A stretch of 64,000 nt of DNA from the NCBI GenBank assembly GCA_949296425.1, contig CASFPN010000024.1, forward strand, positions 7,071 to 71,070. The letters are read 5' to 3'. Both the position numbers and the translations under genes were made by a program. The first letter of the stretch is position 1, and the number at the start of each line of letters is the position of its first letter. Positions 56,971-64,000 of this stretch are shown here, piece by piece. This DNA is from an uncultured bacterium. GTDB taxonomy: Bacteria; Cyanobacteriota; Vampirovibrionia; Gastranaerophilales; Gastranaerophilaceae. Below the pieces are notes generated by a model. The model searched no databases, was not told the origin of the DNA, and worked only from the letters and a program-made list of their open reading frames with translations.

Positions 56971-58000
56971 AGGAATCCCCGCCGAATTTTAATAAGAATT
57001 CATCAATCAACACGCATGCAATTCTTCCTTCGGCAATAACCGAACATGCTTCAACCGCGCAGGTGTCGGAACGTTCAAAATGAGCTTCGCATTCCTGCAT
57101 TGTTTTTAAATCAACTGTTTTTAAAGGTTTCGGCATTGTCGGAATCGGTTTCATGGATGCCGTAACAACAAGAGGTTCTCCGTTAGTCATTCCGCCTTCT
57201 ATACCTCCGGCATTGTTTGAGTGTCTGACAATTTTTTCCTCTTGAATAAACATTTCATCATGATATTCGCTTCCGTGCATTTTATAGCAATGATGGTTGC
57301 CGATTGAAACAGTTTTTACTGCAGGAATACTCATTACCGCCTGCGCAATTTTTCCGTCAATCATTCTGTCCCAGTGAACATAAGAACCAAGTCCAACAGG
57401 AAGATTTTTAAAAATTATTTCAAATTTTCCGCCTATACTGTCGCCTTCTAATCTTGCTTTATCTATTTCAGAGTGAAAATTTTCAGGATTTTTTTCTTTC
57501 CCGATTTGAAGAATTTTTGAAGAACATTCTATATCAAAATGTTTTAACATTTGTTTCGCAACGGAACCGATGGCAGTTTCAATTGCAGTTTTGCGGGCGC
57601 TGGAACGCTCAAGAATGTTTCTTAAATCTTTTTGGTTGTATTTTATACTCCCTGCATAATCCGCGTGTCCGGGGCGGCATTGAGTGAATGATTTTTCTTC
57701 TGTAAAGTCTTCAGACAGAACGCTCATTATTTTTTGCCAGTTTTCAAAATCCTTGTTTTGGATTACAAGAGTAACCGGCGAACCCAGTGTTTTTCCAAAG
57801 CGTACGCCGGATGTAATTTCAACAGTGTCTGTTTCGATTTTCATTCTGCCGCCGCGGCCGTAACCCTGTTGGCGGCGTTTAAGATCTTCGTTTATTAATT
57901 TTGTATCTATTTCAAACCCTGCAGGTATTCCTTCTATTATTGCGGTTAAGCATTTGCCGTGGCTTTCTCCCGCTGTTAAAAATCTGAATTTATCCAACAT
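56936..58000 (-). CDS. aroC: Chorismate synthase
   Basis: RFLTAGESHG, RPGHAD, RSSARKTA, GGIEGGMTNG, KPIPT, RSD.C. Confidence 0.97.
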   Translation of the reverse strand: MLDKFRFLTAGESHGKCLTAIIEGIPAGFEIDTKLINEDLKRRQQGYGRGGRMKIETDTVEITSGVRFGKTLGSPVTLVIQNKDFENWQKIMSVLSEDFTEEKSFTQCRPGHADYAGSIKYNQKDLRNILERSSARKTAIETAIGSVAKQMLKHFDIECSSKILQIGKEKNPENFHSEIDKARLEGDSIGGKFEIIFKNLPVGLGSYVHWDRMIDGKIAQAVMSIPAVKTVSIGNHHCYKMHGSEYHDEMFIQEEKIVRHSNNAGGIEGGMTNGEPLVVTASMKPIPTMPKPLKTVDLKTMQECEAHFERSDTCAVEACSVIAEGRIACVLIDEFLLKFGGDSFVEISRKYCRK

Positions 58001-58003
58001 AAT

Positions 58004-58486
58004 TTATTTCTTGTTTGCGTATTTCAGAAAAATTTGCTCTTTAGTTTGCATCATTTCTTCTGTTATCTGCCATTTACCGTTAATCTTTTTTACTATCATA
58101 TATGTTTTGAGTTTGTAAGTTTCTCCTTTAGGCTGTCTTAAAGAGCTGACCTTGTATGCTCCGTTGCCGGCAGGTGTTACGGAAATATTAGTGTATGTAT
58201 TTTTGTAGCCTCTTAGTTTAGCTCCTGCCTGTCCGATTTTCATTTGTTTAATATATGTTGCGGTATTTGTATCAACATTAACCAAACCGCCGTCAGGTTT
58301 TACAACCTGCCTGATAATTTTTGCATCTGGTGAATACATTGTTGCAACTGTCGGACTGTATGTATTTGCGGCATTAACATAGCTGTTAAAAAATTTTAAA
58401 GCTTCCTGTGAATCGTCGGCAAAAGCTTTTAACCCTGCCGTAAAAAACATTGTAAATACAAACATTATAGATAATAGTTTTCTCAT
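58004..58486 (-). CDS. Secreted hypothetical protein (possibly NTF2-like)
   Basis: Signal peptide ending AFA; C-terminal KKINGKWQITEE pattern. Confidence 0.7.
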   Translation of the reverse strand: MRKLLSIMFVFTMFFTAGLKAFADDSQEALKFFNSYVNAANTYSPTVATMYSPDAKIIRQVVKPDGGLVNVDTNTATYIKQMKIGQAGAKLRGYKNTYTNISVTPAGNGAYKVSSLRQPKGETYKLKTYMIVKKINGKWQITEEMMQTKEQIFLKYANKK

Positions 58487-58607
58487 TTTTATAATCCTTA
58501 TTTACTCTACACAAAATTATAACGATTAAAATATTATTTTGTTCATTTTAATTATATCATATAAAACCTTGATGTCATTATACAAAATATGTAGTATAAA
58601 ATATTAT

Positions 58608-59468
58608 ATGGATTTGCAAATTTTATCTGAATATCTGGACTATCTTGAGATAGAAAAAGGTCTTGCCGAAAATACTCTGGAGGCATACAGAAGGGATTTG
58701 GAGAATTTTTTTGAATTTTGCGGAAATATTGATATTAAAGATATTCAGCGAAACAGAATAAATTCTTATGTCAGAGAACTTCATGAAAAACATTTTTCCC
58801 CGACAAGTGTGATGAGAAAAATAGCATCAATCCGCGGATTTTTTAAATGGGCGTGTACAAATGAAATACTTCAATCCAATCCTGCTCTTACTCTTGAACA
58901 ACCGAAAGTTCCTCAAAGACTCCCTAAGGTTATGACTATTGAAGAAATCAATAATCTGTTAAATCAGGATTTGACAAAGCTTCACAGGGTAATTGCAGAA
59001 CTTTTATACGGCTGCGGACTCAGGGTTTCGGAGCTTGTTAATTTGAAAATTACGGATTATGATTTAAAAGGCAAATTTCTTGAATGTACCGGCAAAGGTT
59101 CAAAAGACAGAATTGTCCCACTTGGTAAAAAAGCTGTACAGGCGATAAAAAATTATTTGCCTGAAAGGGATTATAACATCCAAAAATATAACCTTAATAC
59201 CCGTCAATTGCTGATAAATGAAAAAGGCAAAAAAGTAAACCGTCAGGAGGTTTATACCTTTATTCATGAACTCGGTAAGAAACTGCATAAATCAATATCT
59301 CCACATACTCTAAGGCATACTTTTGCCACACATTTGCTGGAAAACGGAGCAGATTTAAGAGTTGTACAAGAATTATTGGGTCACAGCAATGTTTCAACAA
59401 CCCAACTTTATACACATGTCAGTAAAAAACGCTTAAAAGAAGTCTATTTTGCAATAAACGGAGCTTAG
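58608..59468 (+). CDS. xerD: Tyrosine recombinase XerD-like
   Basis: EKGLAENTLEAYRRDL, YGCGLRVSEL, GKGSKDR, HTLRHTFATH, LLGH, TQLYTH. Confidence 0.87.
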   Translation: MDLQILSEYLDYLEIEKGLAENTLEAYRRDLENFFEFCGNIDIKDIQRNRINSYVRELHEKHFSPTSVMRKIASIRGFFKWACTNEILQSNPALTLEQPKVPQRLPKVMTIEEINNLLNQDLTKLHRVIAELLYGCGLRVSELVNLKITDYDLKGKFLECTGKGSKDRIVPLGKKAVQAIKNYLPERDYNIQKYNLNTRQLLINEKGKKVNRQEVYTFIHELGKKLHKSISPHTLRHTFATHLLENGADLRVVQELLGHSNVSTTQLYTHVSKKRLKEVYFAINGA

Positions 59469-59685
59469 CTGTTTTAAAATAAAAACAGCGGGAATGAATA
59501 CTTCCCGCTTCCTAAAACAATTTGACAATATTATCAGTTAGTATCTTAAAAGTTGTATTTTTAAGATAAAAACATTCTTTTATATATATTCTATCATGTA
59601 AAAGATATTATGTCAATACCAAATATTATCTTTTGTGTGGTGTAATAATTCTCTTTTGTACTTTAAACTTTACAAAGGAGATGAT

Positions 59686-60003
59686 ATGAACGATTTGAAA
59701 ATCAGTTTTGGTAAACGTGTTAAGGCAATAAGAAAGAAGAAAAATTTTTCTCAGGAAGAATTGGCTGAAAAAATTGAAATAGCCGTTACAAACATGGGGA
59801 AAATAGAACGCGGCGAGAGTTTTGTTACAGCTTCAACTTTGCAAAAACTTGCTGATGTACTCGGTGTTAGAGTATTTGATTTTTTTGTATTTGATACATT
59901 TGTTTCGGTTGATGAAATGAGAGCTGAATTAAATCCTGATAATATGACGGATGAGGAAATAAAACAACTTTACAGGTTTTATAAGCTATTTATAAATGTT
60001 TAA
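59686..60003 (+). CDS. XRE-family HTH regulator (105 aa)
   Basis: AAGGAG RBS; FGKRVKAIRKKKNFSQEELAE...GKIERGE. Confidence 0.9.
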   Translation: MNDLKISFGKRVKAIRKKKNFSQEELAEKIEIAVTNMGKIERGESFVTASTLQKLADVLGVRVFDFFVFDTFVSVDEMRAELNPDNMTDEEIKQLYRFYKLFINV

Positions 60004-60066
60004 TTTTTATGGGACTTTTATAATAATTTGTGATAAGATATTCCGGTGTGATTTAAAGGAGATCTT

Positions 60067-61728
60067 ATGGAAAAATTTTATAAAGCGATAAATTTTGTAA
60101 AAAAACATAATGAATGGTTTATATTACTTGGTTTGGCGATATTTTGCTATTTTATGTTTTTCTTTAATATAGGCAATTACGCGCTTATGGATGTAGATGA
60201 AACACGTTATGTTGCAATGGCGCGTGATATGTTTCACAGTAAAAATTTTCTCACTCTTTATTTAAACGGGGATTATTTTTTTGAAAAACCTCCGCTTTAT
60301 TTTTGGGGAGAATGTTTATCATTTGCGATTTTTGGAAAGGTTAATGAGTTTACGGCACGATTTCCCGTTGCTTTATACGGTTCTTTGTCAGTATTTTTGC
60401 TTTATTTTGTGGGAAGAAAGATTGTTTCAAAAAGATACGGAGTTTTGTCGGCAATAATTTTGGGTTCGACTCTGGAATTTGTAATGCTTGCAAAACTCGC
60501 TATTCTTGACATTGTTGTTACAACCTGTATCGGGTTTTCTTCAATGTTCGGACTAATGACGCAGTTTGTTGAAGATAAGAACAAAAAATATTTCTGGTGG
60601 CTTTTCTATGTTTTTTCAGGGCTTGCTGTCATGGCAAAAGGACTGCCCGGTTTTATTGTTCCGTTTGCGGTTATGTTTTTTGTCACAATTGCTAATAAAA
60701 CATTCAAACAGGTTTTCAGACCACAGTATATTATACCCGGATTTTTACTGTTCTTTTTAATTGTGCTGCCATGGCATTTTATTATGTTTAAGATACATGA
60801 TCCGTTATTTTTTAACGAATATATTATGAAACATCATATTAACAGGTTTTTTTCCTCTAGCCAGATTGACAGAGAACAGCCTTTTTATTTTTATATAATT
60901 ACAATATTATGGGGTCTTGTTCCGTGGATATTTTCCGCTGTATCAGCAGGGATTGCAAAACTTACAAATCTTAAAAAATTCTCTTTAAAGAATTTGGATG
61001 ACCCCCATAAATTTTTATATTTTAACGTAATTGCATTTTTTGTAACGATGTTGTTTTTCTCAGCATCAAGTACAAAACTTATTACGTATATATTGCCTGT
61101 TTACTTTTTTACAGCCTGTATAATGGCATTTTTATGGGAGAATTATTTATTTAAAGGTAGATATCAAAAATCAATAAATATTTCTGTTTATGCCCTCGGG
61201 ATTGTTTGTATTATATCAGGAATTGCGGCATGTTTTATGAAATATTTTTTACCGGTTCAAATTTATGCGGACATGTTGATGATTAAGTGGTTTTGCATAA
61301 TTCTCGTGTGGGTGTTCGGAATTTCAAGCATACTTTGTGCAAAGTTTGACAAAAAATTTGGCGTGTTTGCTTGTTATGTGCTTCTGGTTCTTATTACATC
61401 AGCTTTCGGTACAAAACTTTTTTATAACATGGATTATGAATTCGGGCAGAATGATTTGATGTACTTTGCCAAATATGCAAAGGAGCACAATAAAAAACTT
61501 GTTATTTTGAATGATGAGAGAAAATATTCCGCATTTTACTATTACGGCGGCCATGTATTTTTTATATCGCAGGATGACGAGGCAGAAATGAAAAAGTTCG
61601 GTAAAATGCTTGATGACAGAGATGTTGTTGTTATTATCAGAGAACGCAGGATGCCGAAGGTTGATGAAACACTGGATTTCGATATAATTTTGGACGGAAG
61701 AAAATATTCTCTTATAAAGGTAAAATAA
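60067..61728 (+). CDS. ArnT/PMT-family (GT-C) glycosyltransferase
   Basis: DVDETRY..MAR, YFFEKPPLYFW, EF.ARFP, AVMAKG, KL.TYILP. Confidence 0.88.
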   Translation: MEKFYKAINFVKKHNEWFILLGLAIFCYFMFFFNIGNYALMDVDETRYVAMARDMFHSKNFLTLYLNGDYFFEKPPLYFWGECLSFAIFGKVNEFTARFPVALYGSLSVFLLYFVGRKIVSKRYGVLSAIILGSTLEFVMLAKLAILDIVVTTCIGFSSMFGLMTQFVEDKNKKYFWWLFYVFSGLAVMAKGLPGFIVPFAVMFFVTIANKTFKQVFRPQYIIPGFLLFFLIVLPWHFIMFKIHDPLFFNEYIMKHHINRFFSSSQIDREQPFYFYIITILWGLVPWIFSAVSAGIAKLTNLKKFSLKNLDDPHKFLYFNVIAFFVTMLFFSASSTKLITYILPVYFFTACIMAFLWENYLFKGRYQKSINISVYALGIVCIISGIAACFMKYFLPVQIYADMLMIKWFCIILVWVFGISSILCAKFDKKFGVFACYVLLVLITSAFGTKLFYNMDYEFGQNDLMYFAKYAKEHNKKLVILNDERKYSAFYYYGGHVFFISQDDEAEMKKFGKMLDDRDVVVIIRERRMPKVDETLDFDIILDGRKYSLIKVK

Positions 61729-61729
61729 A

Positions 61730-62266
61730 ATGCTTGCCCGTTACGAAAAATTTCTTGAAAAACTGGATAAACGTCTGGAAAAGTATTTTGATGAGCAGTG
61801 CGAATTCATAAAATGCAAAAGAGGATGTTCGGCATGCTGTGAAGTCGGAGAATATCCTTTTTCCCGTCTGGAAGCGGAATATTTGATGTCAGGCTATATG
61901 AAACTTTCCCCAGATACAAAAAAACAGATAAAAGAGAATATAAAACGCCTAAGAGAAGATAGTCCGAAACTTTATCAGTGTCCGTTTTTAATAAATCATT
62001 TATGTTCTGTTTATAAATACCGAGGGCTGGTGTGCCGAATTCATGGTCTTGCCTGGTATGATGAGGATGAGGAAAGAATAAAACTCCCGTATTGCGTAAA
62101 TCTCGGATTAAATTACGCAAAAGTATTTGACCGCGAAACAGGCGAAGTCTTTTTACAAGATCCTGTTAAGGCACGTTTGCGAATTGACAGTATATTAAGA
62201 AGTCCGCTTGCTGAAGAATATGAACTTGAATGCGGTGAAATAAGACCGTTGATTAAGTGGTTTTAA
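61730..62266 (+). CDS. YkgJ-family cysteine cluster protein
   Basis: CKRGCSACC...CPFL...CSVYKYRGLVCR. Confidence 0.85.
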   Translation: MLARYEKFLEKLDKRLEKYFDEQCEFIKCKRGCSACCEVGEYPFSRLEAEYLMSGYMKLSPDTKKQIKENIKRLREDSPKLYQCPFLINHLCSVYKYRGLVCRIHGLAWYDEDEERIKLPYCVNLGLNYAKVFDRETGEVFLQDPVKARLRIDSILRSPLAEEYELECGEIRPLIKWF

Positions 62267-62284
62267 AAAATATAATGCTCCTAA

Positions 62285-62695
62285 CTATTTGGTGTAAATT
62301 TTTTTTATATCAATATCTGAATTTTTGATATATTCAGTCAATTTAATCATATTATCAAAAATTTTGTCAGAAACAATATGCTCCATTTTGCAGGCGATAT
62401 CAGCAGCTTCGCTCTTATCTGCATTAAGTACGTTTATAAAAAATTCGGCAAGATTTTCATGCTTTTCAAATATTTTTTTTGCAATAATTTCTCCGTCTTT
62501 TGTAAGGGTGATTTCTGAATAAGGCGCGTAGTTTATCAGTTTTTTTTCAGCAAGAACATTTAAAGCTCCTGTAACCGAAGCTTTTTTTACTCCCAGAGCA
62601 GAAGCAATAGGTGTAACTTTTGCATGACCGGTATTTAAAATTTGGTTATAAATTTCTTCAATATAATCTTCCAAGCTGACAGACAGTTTTTCCAT
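62285..62695 (-). CDS. DtxR/MntR-family metal-dependent regulator
   Basis: SLEDYIEEIY, IASALGVKKASVT, ITLT..G, HE.L..F, ACKMEH. Confidence 0.92.
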   Translation of the reverse strand: MEKLSVSLEDYIEEIYNQILNTGHAKVTPIASALGVKKASVTGALNVLAEKKLINYAPYSEITLTKDGEIIAKKIFEKHENLAEFFINVLNADKSEAADIACKMEHIVSDKIFDNMIKLTEYIKNSDIDIKKIYTK

Positions 62696-62696
62696 T

Positions 62697-63335
62697 TTAT
62701 AAACTCCTTACTATATTTATAATTTCGTCTGGCGTGTCAATAATAAAATCTGCCCCTTCAAGATTGCTGCGATCTCTAAATCCCCATGTTACTCCTATAC
62801 ATTTAAGACCGGCATTTTTTGCGGTTTTGACATCAACATCAGAATCCCCTGCGTATATCGTTGAATTTTTGTCTGTTCCGATTTGTTTCATAGCTTTTAA
62901 AACTCCGTCCGGTGCCGGTTTTTTAGGTACATCATCATTTTGGCCGATTGCAACGTCCACTAAATCACCAAAATATTTTTTGCATAGTTCTTTTACTGCT
63001 GAGTCAAATTTATTAGAAACCACGCCGATTTTAAGGTTTTTATCATGCAGTTCTTTCAGTATCTTTAAGATACCATTATAGGGTTTTGTATGGTTGTACA
63101 TATTTTCAGAATAGTTTTTTTTAAACACTTCAAGACATTCTTCAACATTTTTGCAATTTTCAGGAACTGCACGTTCAATAAGTTTTCTGACGCCGTTGCC
63201 GACAAAGCACCTTACTTCTTCAAGCGAACGTTCTGGGTATTTGAATTTGCATAAAGCAAAATTGGTACTCTCTTTCAAGTCTTCAAGAGTGTTTAAAAGT
63301 GTACCATCCAAATCAAAAATAACTGCTTTTATCAT
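62697..63335 (-). CDS. HAD-superfamily hydrolase (phosphoglycolate phosphatase-like)
   Basis: FDLDGTLL, VVSNK, KKPAPD, GDSDVD. Confidence 0.92.
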   Translation of the reverse strand: MIKAVIFDLDGTLLNTLEDLKESTNFALCKFKYPERSLEEVRCFVGNGVRKLIERAVPENCKNVEECLEVFKKNYSENMYNHTKPYNGILKILKELHDKNLKIGVVSNKFDSAVKELCKKYFGDLVDVAIGQNDDVPKKPAPDGVLKAMKQIGTDKNSTIYAGDSDVDVKTAKNAGLKCIGVTWGFRDRSNLEGADFIIDTPDEIINIVRSL

Positions 63336-63362
63336 AAAATGATTTTAGCACAGAAAAACCTG

Positions 63363-64000
63363 TTAAACATTCTTTTTAATCTTCTTCATCAAGAGTAAAA
63401 GAGGAATAACCGCAAGAGTTAACATCCCGAATACTCTGAAAGAATCTATAAATGCCCATAAATTAGCCTGCTCGACAAGTTGGCCGTAAATTGAATATTG
63501 TGCCATATATTGAGCAACCGAATGTTCTGCATATCCAGCAAGCGCGCCGGCTGTTGATTGAACGCGTTCTATAAATGCGGGGTTAAGCTCGCTGGTTTTG
63601 CCGACAAGCATATACTGATGCACCTGTGCAAAACGTGTTAACATTGTAGCTACTAAAGATGTTCCGACAGCGCTGCCTATATTTTTTAATAGGTTTTGTA
63701 TGCCTGTTGCATTTGTCATCTGCTCATTTTTCAAAGTATCGACCGACAAATTCATGATTGGAACCATAGCTAAGCCCATACCCATTCCCATAAAAAAGTT
63801 GGGTATTGCAATGTTCATATTTGAAATCTGTAAATTTAATGTTCCGAAAACAAGAGTTGACCCGCCGATTAATCCAAGTCCTGCCATTACAAGAAATCTG
63901 TTATCTACTCTGTTTGAAAGAGTTGCAGTCATAAGCATTGCAAGCATACTGCCAAAACCTCTCGGCATCATCGTTGCACCGCTTAAAAATGCCGTATAAC
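63363..64000 (-). CDS. DHA2/EmrB-family MFS efflux transporter (3' part; 5' end outside window)
   Basis: GATMMPRG, ATGIQNLLKNIGSAVGTSL; open to the window edge. Confidence 0.88.
   Translation of the reverse strand, partial: YTAFLSGATMMPRGFGSMLAMLMTATLSNRVDNRFLVMAGLGLIGGSTLVFGTLNLQISNMNIAIPNFFMGMGMGLAMVPIMNLSVDTLKNEQMTNATGIQNLLKNIGSAVGTSLVATMLTRFAQVHQYMLVGKTSELNPAFIERVQSTAGALAGYAEHSVAQYMAQYSIYGQLVEQANLWAFIDSFRVFGMLTLAVIPLLLLMKKIKKNV

Overview
This is an AT-rich bacterial chromosomal window, mostly housekeeping genes: tRNA-Met, eno, engB, xerC, tdk, der, ferritin, tadA, lepA, dnaG-rpoD, ctpA, aroK-aroB, metG, recJ, dnaN, aroC and xerD. The multi-copy FTLAEVLITLGIIG pilin-like family and the SLH protein suggest a Gastranaerophilales/Melainabacteria-type genome (inference, not searched). 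I saw no CRISPR array, rRNA, transposase or prophage. Main leads: (1) Four dispersed type IV pilin-like genes fall into two regulatory classes. Two have long leaders with a poly-G tract starting exactly at codon 11 (11 G at 19680-19690, 10 G at 47066-47075); both are currently out of frame and each is restored by a 1-nt slip, which points to a phase-variable pilin repertoire. The other two sit divergent from XRE genes behind consensus sigma70 promoters with palindromic operators. (2) A recurring sigma28-like promoter lies almost only in front of uncharacterised genes. (3) A probable oriC sits beside dnaN, with variant TT(T/A)TCTACA boxes, TAR trios and an apparent GC-skew switch. (4) An EF-hand subtilase-like protein has Cys at the nucleophile position. 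(5) Several palindromic or structured non-coding elements are present. All alignments and counts were done by hand.
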